In this document: piece by piece, positions 9,310 through 18,853 of the stretch
Layout of the letters: the number at the start of each line of letters is the position of its first letter
Numbering within the stretch: position 1 is the first letter of the stretch
Assembly (NCBI GenBank): GCA_016927735.1
Contig: JAFGMC010000012.1
Coordinates: 13,093 to 77,092, forward strand
DNA from: Alphaproteobacteria bacterium
GTDB lineage: Bacteria; Pseudomonadota; Alphaproteobacteria; Rs-D84
Direction: 5' to 3'
DNA length: 64,000 bases
Translations under genes and position numbers: made by a program
Notes under the pieces: model-generated
Seen by the model: only the letters and a program-made list of their open reading frames with translations
Databases searched by the model: none
What the model was told of the DNA's origin: nothing

Positions 9310-11511
9310 ATGGCAAGCAAGTTCAAGATTTTATCCGCAGGTGGTACTTCCAAGGGATTGAATATATTCAAGTCGTCCTCGTACAAGGAACATCTACAAA
9401 CGCCAATGGCCGCGCTTTTCTGGAAAATGCGTTGGGCAGCTGGTATTTGGCTCGTTTCTTTTGCTGCTTTTGGTATGGCATTTGCTGTTGAACATATTTG
9501 GCGATATGGCTGGTCGCCAGCAACCACAAAATGGATTTCTATTTATTTTCAAAATATGCTGACATCTGGTGGATTATCAATTTTGGCAGAAGTTCCAGCT
9601 TGGCTGACACGAACATTTATGCAAACAGATATGGCATGTGTGACACCATTAATACCAATTATTATATATTACCTTTTATCTGACGCGACATTGATTGGTG
9701 AATTTAATCCACATGGTAATGATAAATTCGCCGAAAAATCTTCTAACAAGGCATCCAAAGAAGATATTGAAAAAATGGGATTATTAAAGGGATTTATGAT
9801 GGTTTTGGGGTACTTTAAGAAAAAACCCCTGATGATGAACGAATGCCTATCAACCCTTTGTGTTGCACCCCCTGGGACCGGAAAAACCCAAGGCGTTGTT
9901 CTGCCAACAATTTTTGAATGTAATACTGTTTCAATGATTATAAATGACCCAAAGCCAGAATTAAAACAGGCGTCCAGTGCCTATCGTGCAACTATTGGTC
10001 CTGTATTTATTATGAACTGGGCGGGACAAGATGACCCACAAAATGGTATATATTACCCCAGCTGGAATCCACTATCACCTGAACATGTACCGTTTAACCA
10101 AGAACAACGTGATTTATATATTGATTCTATGTGCAGTGTTTTGATTGCAGAAAAGGCGTCCAGTTCTGCAGATCCACACTGGACAATATCTGGTCGTGCG
10201 GCACTTTCTGGATTAATACAGTTTATGGTTTCAAAAATTGAACGTGCCAAAGCCGATGATTATTTCTATTCAAGAATCACATCTGGTACATTTGATGAAG
10301 AAGATGCAACTGTTCTAAGTGATTATTATATTTCAATGATAAACGATCCAAATGCATATGCTGCAAATGCAAGGTTGCGAGCAAAACAATTGGACGCTAT
10401 GAATTATGTTCATATCGGAACCTGGGCAAATATTCCAGATGCCTGGCGTGGAAAAGAAGCATCACTTTCCATGATACTGGACTGGTTAAACGCAAATCAA
10501 ATTCGTATTGCAGAAGATATTGAAAATCGTCGTAAGCAAGGTGACCAAATGGTTATGATGGCCGACCCGATGAAGGATTTATTCTTGGATGCAGTTAATG
10601 AAGCGCGACAATTCTCATATGCTCATCGTGCCATACTTGAATTAACACAACTTGCAAATACACCTGACAAGGAACGTGGATCTATTTTATCAACCGTAAT
10701 GGCGGGACTGGGTATTTTCCGAAATGCCGCTGTTCGTAATCGTACCAGTCATTCTGATTTTCATTTTTCTGACCTGCGTGGATTAAAAGATCCACGCGAC
10801 GGAAAAATTAAACCCGTGACTGTTTATTTATCTATCAATATGGTTGATGCTGAAGCATTAAATCCAATAACTGGTATATTTATTGAACTGATGTCCAGTT
10901 ATCTTCTTTCAAATGCACCAGATCAGATAAAAGATGGTCAAAAAATGGGACCATTCCCAGTATTATTTGTATTGGATGAAATGCCAAAGATGCAGAAATT
11001 ACAAGCTGTTATTCAAGGACCAGATTTGGGACGCGGTCAGAAAATATCCTATTTAATTATCGGTCAGGATCTGCATCAGATTGCAGAAAAGTATGGTAAT
11101 GATGCGGCCGCAACCATTGTTTCAACAACCGCCGCCAAGGTTGTATTACGACAAAATGATCCAGATACCGCAAAAAGATTTTCTGATATGATGGGATTCA
11201 AAATGAAAATTAAAACAGATAAAGATGGAAAAGATAGCCCCCCAAGTGAAGAAATACTCTATACCCCTATGGACATTATGAAACTATCAGAAAAGAAACA
11301 GTTAGTAATATTCCAGGGTTATTATAACAGACCAATTGAGGCTGATCATCAGCCTGCCTGGAAAGACGAAAGATTAAAAGGTTTTATGAACATGGGCGAA
11401 AGTTCACCTTTGCCAGAATTTCTGATACCCGTACATCATGCTGCAATGGGATATGGCGGAACACCAAAGGTCTATAATCCAATGACCAAAGAAATAAAAG
11501 TTTTAGCATAA
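9310..11511 (+). CDS. VirD4/TraG-family type IV coupling protein homolog (membrane-anchored FtsK/HerA-like ATPase)
   Basis: N-terminal hydrophobic segments. Walker A CVAPPGTGKTQGVVLPT at about nt 9860-9895 and Walker B VLFVLDEMPKM. TraG/VirD4-like ISYLIIGQDLHQIAEKYG...VVLRQNDPDTAKRFSDMMG. The track ORF opens at TTG 9280. ATG 9310 was chosen but the start is uncertain (another ATG at 9406). Confidence 0.8.
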   Translation: MASKFKILSAGGTSKGLNIFKSSSYKEHLQTPMAALFWKMRWAAGIWLVSFAAFGMAFAVEHIWRYGWSPATTKWISIYFQNMLTSGGLSILAEVPAWLTRTFMQTDMACVTPLIPIIIYYLLSDATLIGEFNPHGNDKFAEKSSNKASKEDIEKMGLLKGFMMVLGYFKKKPLMMNECLSTLCVAPPGTGKTQGVVLPTIFECNTVSMIINDPKPELKQASSAYRATIGPVFIMNWAGQDDPQNGIYYPSWNPLSPEHVPFNQEQRDLYIDSMCSVLIAEKASSSADPHWTISGRAALSGLIQFMVSKIERAKADDYFYSRITSGTFDEEDATVLSDYYISMINDPNAYAANARLRAKQLDAMNYVHIGTWANIPDAWRGKEASLSMILDWLNANQIRIAEDIENRRKQGDQMVMMADPMKDLFLDAVNEARQFSYAHRAILELTQLANTPDKERGSILSTVMAGLGIFRNAAVRNRTSHSDFHFSDLRGLKDPRDGKIKPVTVYLSINMVDAEALNPITGIFIELMSSYLLSNAPDQIKDGQKMGPFPVLFVLDEMPKMQKLQAVIQGPDLGRGQKISYLIIGQDLHQIAEKYGNDAAATIVSTTAAKVVLRQNDPDTAKRFSDMMGFKMKIKTDKDGKDSPPSEEILYTPMDIMKLSEKKQLVIFQGYYNRPIEADHQPAWKDERLKGFMNMGESSPLPEFLIPVHHAAMGYGGTPKVYNPMTKEIKVLA

Positions 11512-11549
11512 ATTTGACGCGATATATCGTAAAGGTTATAATTCCTGTT

Positions 11550-12752
11550 ATGAAGTTTAAAGTTATATTTTCATTATTTGTTTTACCAGTTTTATTATCT
11601 GCATGTGCAACTTCTGCACACCTGGATTCTGTTCGCAGCGATTACGCAAATGCAGAATTTGCAAAACTGACCGCTGATAAAAAATCGGATAATCTAGATT
11701 TATTAATCGGAGCAGACGCCGCTTTACAAAATGGTGAATTCAAACGCAGTGACGATCTATTCGAAACATTTAATAGAAGAAACATAGATCCAACCAGCAC
11801 CAGTATAAGTAGCGAGTTGGGTAAACTGGCTGGTGGTCAGATGGCCAGTTCTTACAAGCCTTACATGATGGATTATATGTTTGTATCATACTATCAAATA
11901 TGGGATGCTATTCTGGACGGTCGCATGAATGATGCACGCGTTATTATAAATCAATCTTATTCGCGCCAACAAAAAATGAGTACTGCATACAGAAAATTGG
12001 TTTCTAAACGTCAAAAATCAGATTTGGCAAATAAATTAAAAACAGATACATCTAATTGGTCTGCATATTCAGATATTATGAATCCTGCATTAACATATTT
12101 GGCTGGTATATATTTCTTGAATATTGGTGAATACGAAAATGCGCGACAATATTTGGTACGTAGCAGTGGTATGATGCCAGAAAATACATTTATTACATCT
12201 GATTTGGAATCTGCTGAAAAAGGAATTGCACCAAAAAATACAGCATGGATATTTATTGAAACCGGATTTGCGCCGCGCCTGCGTGAAAAAAAAGCCACTG
12301 TCCCATGGTTGGTTGGAAAAAATATGCAGTTAATATCTATTGCAACATCTTATCCAGAAAAATTCAGTGGTTCTGCCGCTGTGCCTGATATGTCACAAAA
12401 ATTGGCTGATATTGATTCTATGTTTATAACTGAATTCAAAGAATATCAAATAAACGATGCTTTGCGTGCTTTTACCAAGGCTGTTTCAAACTCTGCCCTA
12501 CAATCTGCAACACATGATAAAATAGGGGGATTTGGTGGTGTATTAAGTGCAGCATATTCAATCGCAACAACAAATGCGGAAATTCGCTCTTGGGTAACTT
12601 TGCCACAGCGTATTTATTTACTGCGTATCAAAAAAGATAAATCCGGATTGATTAAATTAAATTCTAGTGATACGATTAACGTGGACTATTCGGGTAATCA
12701 TTTAATTTATATTAGAAACAACAATATAAAGAAAATTAAAATCAAAAATTAA
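11550..12752 (+). CDS. Lipoprotein of unknown function (possibly COG3014-like)
   Basis: ATG 11550 gives MKFKVIFSLFVLPVLLSAC with a lipobox LLSA-C. It lies 38 nt after the T4CP stop. The family assignment is tentative, from memory only. Confidence 0.6.
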   Translation: MKFKVIFSLFVLPVLLSACATSAHLDSVRSDYANAEFAKLTADKKSDNLDLLIGADAALQNGEFKRSDDLFETFNRRNIDPTSTSISSELGKLAGGQMASSYKPYMMDYMFVSYYQIWDAILDGRMNDARVIINQSYSRQQKMSTAYRKLVSKRQKSDLANKLKTDTSNWSAYSDIMNPALTYLAGIYFLNIGEYENARQYLVRSSGMMPENTFITSDLESAEKGIAPKNTAWIFIETGFAPRLREKKATVPWLVGKNMQLISIATSYPEKFSGSAAVPDMSQKLADIDSMFITEFKEYQINDALRAFTKAVSNSALQSATHDKIGGFGGVLSAAYSIATTNAEIRSWVTLPQRIYLLRIKKDKSGLIKLNSSDTINVDYSGNHLIYIRNNNIKKIKIKN

Positions 12753-12765
12753 CAAGGAGAAAGAA

Positions 12766-13380
12766 ATGAAAATATCATCAATAGCAGTTTTTGCTTCGTT
12801 ATTGGTTGCACTGGGCGGCTGTGGCGAAACAAATGTTGTGGATTTAAATAACCAGGCCGAAGTTGCAGGTATGCAAAATGTTATGGAATTGGAATATCGT
12901 GATTGGACCAAGACAGCTGAAAATATGACATCCAGCATGTTGAAAAGTGGTGCATTTGGACGTGTCAAAGATCCTATTATTGCAATGGGTCCAATGAAGA
13001 ATGATACAATGCAACGTTTTGATACAGATATTATGACCAAGAAAATCAGAACTGTTATTGTAAATTCTGGTCGCGCACAAATTGCAACTAACTTTACTGG
13101 CGAAGATTCAACCAGTGATACTGTTCGCAATACACGTGGTAATTCAGAATATGCTGCAAACACAATAGTTGCCAAGGGCACATTGGTTGCACCAAATATG
13201 TCGCTGTCTGGAAAAATGATTCAACGTAATTTGGAATTGAAATCTGGATGGTTTTCAAGCACAGATACACGCGTTGAATATTATTTGCAGTTAACATTGA
13301 CAGACTTGAAGACAGGTTTGTCAGTATGGGAAGATGAACAGCCAATCGTAAAAGAAGGTGATCACGCCCCAACATGGTAA
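12766..13380 (+). CDS. LpoB/YcfM-like (COG3417) lipoprotein
   Basis: SD AAGGAGA upstream and lipobox LVALGG-C. The blocks YRDWTKTAENMTSSML, IIAMGPMKNDTMQRFDTDIMTKKIRTVIVNSGRAQIA and YYLQLTLTDLKTGLSVWEDE align by eye with E. coli LpoB. Confidence 0.6.
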   Translation: MKISSIAVFASLLVALGGCGETNVVDLNNQAEVAGMQNVMELEYRDWTKTAENMTSSMLKSGAFGRVKDPIIAMGPMKNDTMQRFDTDIMTKKIRTVIVNSGRAQIATNFTGEDSTSDTVRNTRGNSEYAANTIVAKGTLVAPNMSLSGKMIQRNLELKSGWFSSTDTRVEYYLQLTLTDLKTGLSVWEDEQPIVKEGDHAPTW

Positions 13381-13393
13381 AATATATAACTAA

Positions 13394-13422
13394 TAAAAAA
13401 TCCGCCAAATGGCGGATTTTTT
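13394..13422. terminator. Bidirectional Rho-independent terminator
   Basis: A6-ATCCGCC-AAAT-GGCGGAT-T6, located between the convergent lipoprotein and der genes. Confidence 0.8.
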
Positions 13423-14746
13423 AATCAAATGGATTTTCTGATTTTTTATATTCCAAAATTATTGGTATTTGTTCCCAATTTAGCTCACGTGCCAGACCAC
13501 GACGAAGATAACGTGTATAACTTTCTGGAATATCAGATGCACCCCCTGTATTTATAACGATGCGATTCGGATGAATTCCAACCTGGGATGCGAATTTAAT
13601 TTTCATTGGACGTTTTAAACGCGACATTGGCGGTTGACGTTTTTCTATCAAATTTTCCAATATCTTATTAATTAAACTGGTCGGTGCGCGCGAATTTGAA
13701 ATATCCCATAATTCATAAACACGCTTGAATACATTTTTTACCCCTGTCCCTTTTTCTGCGGAAATTGCAAGTATCAAAGGTTTCATAATTTGATGAAATG
13801 AATTATTAAACTGATGTTTTAATTTTAATAATTTAGCTTCGCGTTCATTCTCGTCAACCAAATCCCACTTATTTAAGGCAACGCACAATATCTTACCCGC
13901 ATCATAAACGCGCGATGCGATACCTAATGCTTGGTTTTCAATATCACGGGTCGCATCAATAATAAGTATTACAACATTTGAATTTTCTATTGCAGACAAT
14001 GACTTTAATGCAGATAGTGTTTCAACATCATCTGTGACACCTGCCTTGCGACGAAGTCCAGCCGTATCCATTAAGACAATATCACGGCCATAAAAGTTTG
14101 TTGAAATTTTAACTGTATCACGGGTTACCCCAGGTTCATCTTTGACAATCTGTCTATTTTCACCCAAAACCTTGTTTACAAATGTTGATTTTCCAACATT
14201 CGGCTGCCCCAGGATTGCAATTTTTAATTCATTATCTGTTTTTATCTCAACTTCTTCGGACTTACCACCAATACTTTCCAGGAATTCATAAATTTTATCA
14301 AAGCCCTTTTTATGCTCTGCTGCTATTAAAACAGGTTCTCCGAAACCTAATTTATAGAAATCATGAATGCCTGTCAGACGTTTTTCTGATTCCGATTTAT
14401 TAACAAGTAATAATACTTTGGCTTTATTTTTTCTTTTTATTTGTCTGGCCCAATCAATATCTTCAGACATCAATCCTGCACGTCCATCAACAACAAAAAG
14501 TATCGCGTCTGCCTTTTCTATTGCGGACATGGCCATATTTGTTGAATCTGCACCAATACCGATTTTTGTTTTTTCCAACCCAGCTGTATCAAATATTTTC
14601 CAAGTTGTTCTTGGAATATTTCCCTGCACAACATCACGTGTTACACCAGGTCTATCATGAACCAACGCATCCCTGGTTCCTGTTAATCCGTTAAACAAAG
14701 TTGATTTGCCTGTATTAGGTCTTCCTGCAATTGCGATTTTAATCAT
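13421..14746 (-). CDS. der: Ribosome-associated GTPase Der (EngA)
   Basis: Two tandem G domains (GRPNTGKST..DTAG..NKSE and GQPNVGKST..DTAG..NKWD) and a KH-like C-terminus. Start trimmed to MIKIAIAG at 14746; the track ORF opens at TTG 14782. Confidence 0.9.
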   Translation of the reverse strand: MIKIAIAGRPNTGKSTLFNGLTGTRDALVHDRPGVTRDVVQGNIPRTTWKIFDTAGLEKTKIGIGADSTNMAMSAIEKADAILFVVDGRAGLMSEDIDWARQIKRKNKAKVLLLVNKSESEKRLTGIHDFYKLGFGEPVLIAAEHKKGFDKIYEFLESIGGKSEEVEIKTDNELKIAILGQPNVGKSTFVNKVLGENRQIVKDEPGVTRDTVKISTNFYGRDIVLMDTAGLRRKAGVTDDVETLSALKSLSAIENSNVVILIIDATRDIENQALGIASRVYDAGKILCVALNKWDLVDENEREAKLLKLKHQFNNSFHQIMKPLILAISAEKGTGVKNVFKRVYELWDISNSRAPTSLINKILENLIEKRQPPMSRLKRPMKIKFASQVGIHPNRIVINTGGASDIPESYTRYLRRGLARELNWEQIPIILEYKKSENPFD

Positions 14747-14811
14747 AACTTTTTCCATTGCTTTTTTCGAATTATAAAGCAAAAATACAAATAAGCAAAT
14801 GGGAGTATAAA

Positions 14812-15408
14812 ATGAAAAACAAATTCAAGAACTGGACAAAGCATATTTTGGATGTTTTAACAAAACCAAAACGTTACTTTACCAAGATTGTTGCTGACGG
14901 TAATTTAGAAGAATCAATGCTGCGTGCATTTATGTATGGTCTATTGGGTGGCGTTTTGGTTTTAATGCTGCGTCTTATTGGTGGTGCAACCATTACTATT
15001 GGATCTGTATTCACCGCTGTAATCATTGTGCCTGTTCTGGCAGTTGCCCTGCTTTTCATTCTGGGGGGATTATTAATGTTGGTTTCTGAAATTACTGGTG
15101 GCGAACGCGATTGGGAAATTGTAATCAAGGGATTGGCATCGGTATTCTTTATATATCCAGTTATCTTGGTTCTTAACGCACTGGCATTTAACTGTACATC
15201 TATATGGATTATCAGTTTGATTGTTGACGCATACATTTTGTTCTTGTTTTATAATATCAGTCTGTACTGCATGAAAGGTAAACGACACAATGTTATGCTG
15301 GTTATCGGTGTTCTGGCACTATTTATGGCAATGGTCTACATAACCGATTATCGTATTGGCTGGTTTATGTTAAAAAATACCAGCGCAACACTTGCTTGTT
15401 TACTATAA
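14812..15408 (+). CDS. Multi-pass membrane protein, Yip1-like
   Basis: SD GGGAG precedes ATG 14812. About five hydrophobic segments. The family call is weak. Confidence 0.45.
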   Translation: MKNKFKNWTKHILDVLTKPKRYFTKIVADGNLEESMLRAFMYGLLGGVLVLMLRLIGGATITIGSVFTAVIIVPVLAVALLFILGGLLMLVSEITGGERDWEIVIKGLASVFFIYPVILVLNALAFNCTSIWIISLIVDAYILFLFYNISLYCMKGKRHNVMLVIGVLALFMAMVYITDYRIGWFMLKNTSATLACLL

Positions 15409-15434
15409 AAAAACCGCCAAATTGGCGGTTTTTA
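15407..15434. terminator. Bidirectional Rho-independent terminator
   Basis: A-run-AACCGCC-AAATT-GGCGGTT-T-run between convergent genes. Nearly identical to the hairpin at 13394-13422. Confidence 0.8.
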
Positions 15435-15435
15435 T

Positions 15436-16464
15436 TTAAAAATTTAATTTCAATCCAGCAGATACAAAAGGTGACCCGGCTGAAAATCCTGTTGAAATCC
15501 AACCATTAACGTTTTCACTATATTTATATCTGAATGATAAAACCTGGGTATGTGCTGTATAGTTTGGCATATCATCCCAAATACCTGTTTGTGAAAATAA
15601 ATAAGTTCCAGATATCGTATAATTTAATAAATCATAACTGATGCCCGTCCCTGCAATAACACCATCTGATGAAACCATACCGATGGAATTTTCATCATAA
15701 ATAATACGGCCAGATAAACCCCAAACCCAGCTGTTATATTGAAGATTTAATCCTGTTGATAATTGTGCGCGCCAATCCGCTGTCACACTTGGGGTATAAA
15801 TATCCGTTTGAAAATTCTCTGGCGAATCAATAAATGATGCACCAAAAGAAAAGGCTGTTTTTGTCTTACCTTCTGGTCGACGATATTTTATACCCAAATC
15901 CGCAGCATAATTATATTTCGATGATAATCCAGCAATTGAAAAACCATATTGCACAGGACGTGTTGGCGTCGACACAAAATTTGCACGCATATCATATCTG
16001 CCACTGGACAGTGTTGTATTTGAAATAATCGCGCCTGATGGTTTAATTTTATTATAAAATAATGGATTATCATTAATACGCAGTCCGCCGACATCTGGTA
16101 ATCCAACACCTAACTTTGTTGCAATCGAATCTGTCAGTCCTAACTCTATACGACCAAGATTAGTATTTTCCATAAATATAAAAGAATCACGTGCAGCATT
16201 ATCCTGATATATCGCTAATTCATCTATGGCGTAAACCAAACCAATTGTATTATTTGCTGCAACAGCATAATTAATTTGACTGCGAACTAACCAATCCCCA
16301 ACAAAAACAGGATTTTCAAAATCAAGCTCTATCACACCGGCACTTCCATAGCCTGTAAACTTCATACCATATCTTCCGTTATTATATTCATAAGCGTTTG
16401 CATTAAAAACACAAAAGCAGGCAAAAAAAGATAAAAAGCTTATTTTAAAAACCGAATTACACAT
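15436..16464 (-). CDS. Outer-membrane beta-barrel porin-like protein
   Basis: Signal peptide MCNSVFKISFLSFFACFCVFNANA, alternating aromatic/Gly-rich strands, and a C-terminal ...GLKLNF with terminal Phe. An alternative GTG start at 16482 would overlap the rpoH stop. Confidence 0.65.
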   Translation of the reverse strand: MCNSVFKISFLSFFACFCVFNANAYEYNNGRYGMKFTGYGSAGVIELDFENPVFVGDWLVRSQINYAVAANNTIGLVYAIDELAIYQDNAARDSFIFMENTNLGRIELGLTDSIATKLGVGLPDVGGLRINDNPLFYNKIKPSGAIISNTTLSSGRYDMRANFVSTPTRPVQYGFSIAGLSSKYNYAADLGIKYRRPEGKTKTAFSFGASFIDSPENFQTDIYTPSVTADWRAQLSTGLNLQYNSWVWGLSGRIIYDENSIGMVSSDGVIAGTGISYDLLNYTISGTYLFSQTGIWDDMPNYTAHTQVLSFRYKYSENVNGWISTGFSAGSPFVSAGLKLNF

Positions 16465-16471
16465 ATTATTT

Positions 16472-17377
16472 TTATCCTTCACTTTCTTTTAAAATTGCAT
16501 CACGTAATTTTTTATATGCACGTTCTTCTATTTGACGGACACGTTCCCTGGAAATTTCGTACTTTTGTGCCAATATTTCTAATGTTGCAACTGGATCTTG
16601 TAACTTTCTCGCACGCAATATTTCACGATCACGTTCTGGTAATTCAGATAAATGTTTGCGCAATAATGCGTATCCACGACGACGGAATTCCAGTTTCTCT
16701 ACATTATCTTCTATCCCTTCGCTTTTATCTTCTAGATTAGATAATGCGTCCCTGGTATCACTGTCACTAACAGGTGTATTTAATGATAAATCACGCGCGC
16801 CAACCCTGGTTGCCATACGAGTGACATCATTTTCTGGAACCTGCAAAAATTCGGCAACCTTTTTTGTTTGATCTTCTGACAAGTTGTTATCCATAATTCC
16901 CAAAGCTTTTTTAGCACGTGACAAATTAAAGAAAACACGTTTTTGATTTGCCGAAGTCCCGATTTTTACAATTGACCAATTACTTAGAATGGTTTCATAA
17001 ATCTCGGCCTTGATCCAAAACATCGCATATGTCGAGAACCTGAATCCACGCTCTGGGTCAAATTTCTGCAAGGCCTGCATCAAACCCATATTCCCACTGG
17101 CAATCAGGTCGGATACCGGTATTCCATAATTACGAAAATCATATGCAACAGATACAACTAATCGCAAATGACTGGACACCAGCTTTTCAGCTGCTAATTT
17201 ATCACGTTTCGTTTGCCACAAACTGGCGTATTCATATTCCTGCTGGGCCGATAATATCGGAAATTTCTGAATATTTTGAATATATTGCTCTAACCCCGAT
17301 TCATCGGATACACCACGTGCCACCATCAAACTGGGGGCTGATACAACAGGCAAAGCGTCCTTGATTTGCTTTTTCAT
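16472..17377 (-). CDS. rpoH: RNA polymerase sigma-32 heat-shock factor
   Basis: Sigma-70 regions 2-4 are present. An RpoH-box-like NQKRVFFNLSRAKK and region 4 SRERVRQIEERA are seen. Confidence 0.85.
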   Translation of the reverse strand: MKKQIKDALPVVSAPSLMVARGVSDESGLEQYIQNIQKFPILSAQQEYEYASLWQTKRDKLAAEKLVSSHLRLVVSVAYDFRNYGIPVSDLIASGNMGLMQALQKFDPERGFRFSTYAMFWIKAEIYETILSNWSIVKIGTSANQKRVFFNLSRAKKALGIMDNNLSEDQTKKVAEFLQVPENDVTRMATRVGARDLSLNTPVSDSDTRDALSNLEDKSEGIEDNVEKLEFRRRGYALLRKHLSELPERDREILRARKLQDPVATLEILAQKYEISRERVRQIEERAYKKLRDAILKESEG

Positions 17378-17430
17378 AACCTATATAGTATATCAATAAA
17401 GATATAAATATCAAGACAGGAGAATTTTCA

Positions 17431-18081
17431 ATGGCAACAATCCTTGAAAGAAATAAAAAAGTTAAAACCCCTAAGAAAAGCCAAGAAGACTATGCAGAAG
17501 ATGCCTTGTATCGCGAGGTATGGGAAGATGTTAATAATGAAAAAACAATGGTATTTTTGCGTAAATATTCACGCACTTTGATAGCGGGTGCAATTATTTT
17601 ATTAATTTTAATAACAGGAATACAATTAATTCGTCACAACAATCATATTTCACGTATTGCAACAGCGGAAAGTTATGAAAAAGCCATAGAAACAGTTGAT
17701 GCACGTGCATTGGTTTCTTTATCAAAAAATTCATCTGGTGCAACCGCAGACTTGGCAATATTCCAATCGTTTATTTTATCTGGCGATATATCAAAATTAG
17801 AAATATTGGCAAAAGATGGCCATACACGTGATTTTCGTGATCTGGCTAAATTACATTTGGCTGGGCAAAAGGGTGATTCAATGTCCGCAAAAGACTTTGA
17901 AAAATATCTATCATCTTTGAATACTAAACATTCACCTTTTTATTACAACAGCCTGTTGATGATTTCACAGAAATATTTAGCCGAAGGGAATAAAAAAACA
18001 GGAAATGTTTGGTTAAATAAAATTATTAATGATAAAGATGCACCTGCAATAATTTCTGCAAGCGCCCAAACATTACTATAA
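17431..18081 (+). CDS. YfgM-like single-pass membrane protein with TPR-like domain
   Basis: Charged N-terminus, TM segment LIAGAIILLILITGIQLI, then a helical domain. Positioned directly upstream of the bamB-like gene, as yfgM is in other proteobacteria. Confidence 0.5.
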   Translation: MATILERNKKVKTPKKSQEDYAEDALYREVWEDVNNEKTMVFLRKYSRTLIAGAIILLILITGIQLIRHNNHISRIATAESYEKAIETVDARALVSLSKNSSGATADLAIFQSFILSGDISKLEILAKDGHTRDFRDLAKLHLAGQKGDSMSAKDFEKYLSSLNTKHSPFYYNSLLMISQKYLAEGNKKTGNVWLNKIINDKDAPAIISASAQTLL

Positions 18082-18092
18082 GGCATTGAATT

Positions 18093-18824
18093 ATGCACAA
18101 AATTAGCATACTGATATCTTTACTATTAGTATTTTTAACTGCTTGTTCAAAACAGGATCCTATTTTACCGGGACAACGGGAATCCATATTTCAGGGTTCT
18201 GCAATAACGGTTATTGGAAAAGAAATTTCAGATTTACCAGAAAATACTGATGAAACTGAACCAAAAGATTGCCCTTATACCCAAGATTCTTCTAATATAA
18301 TTTGGGATGGTGATAAAAAAATATTCAGCGGTTTTCCAACGAATAATTTTGTAAAAAATAAACAAATTCCTGTGTGTGATGGTAATTTTATTTATGCAGG
18401 ATTAACAACTGGTGAACTGGTCAAAGTTAATAAAAAAACACGTGATATTGCATGGATAACTGACATTTATCGTGAAAGCAATTTGACTGGTGGTGCAGAT
18501 GTATTGGATATAGTTGCACCAATTATCGTAAAAAATGATGGTGTTTATGTTGGTGGATTGGGGGACGCTTTTTGCAAGCTTAATAAATCAGATGGGCATA
18601 AAATATGGTGCATAAATATAAGTGTGGTTACATCATTTATAATTATTGATAATTTTGCATTTGTTGTTGGAACAAACAATAAATTGTATGCTATTAATAC
18701 CGCAAAAGGCGACATTTACTGGGATCAAAAAGTTGAACAACAATCAAAACCAATATATAAAGACAAAACTATAATAATTGATGATGAAGTATTTGAAGTA
18801 TCAAATGGAAAGAAAATCCACTAA
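18093..18824 (+). CDS. bamB: BamB-like PQQ-repeat beta-propeller lipoprotein (short form)
   Basis: Lipobox FLTA-C. Repeated motifs of the type GELVKVNKKTRDIAW, KLNKSDGHKIW and KLYAINTAKGDIYW. Only 243 aa. Confidence 0.55.
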   Translation: MHKISILISLLLVFLTACSKQDPILPGQRESIFQGSAITVIGKEISDLPENTDETEPKDCPYTQDSSNIIWDGDKKIFSGFPTNNFVKNKQIPVCDGNFIYAGLTTGELVKVNKKTRDIAWITDIYRESNLTGGADVLDIVAPIIVKNDGVYVGGLGDAFCKLNKSDGHKIWCINISVVTSFIIIDNFAFVVGTNNKLYAINTAKGDIYWDQKVEQQSKPIYKDKTIIIDDEVFEVSNGKKIH

Positions 18825-18826
18825 AT

Positions 18827-18853
18827 AAAAAACTGGCAAGTCACCAGTTTTTT
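18827..18853. terminator. Bidirectional Rho-independent terminator
   Basis: A-run-AACTGG-CAAGTCA-CCAGTT-T-run between convergent genes. Confidence 0.7.

Noticed and set aside
12702-13181. A 159-aa minus-strand ORF overlapping the two lipoprotein genes.
   Set aside because: It is antisense to ORFs with clear lipoboxes, an SD and LpoB-like similarity. It has no start context or motif of its own.
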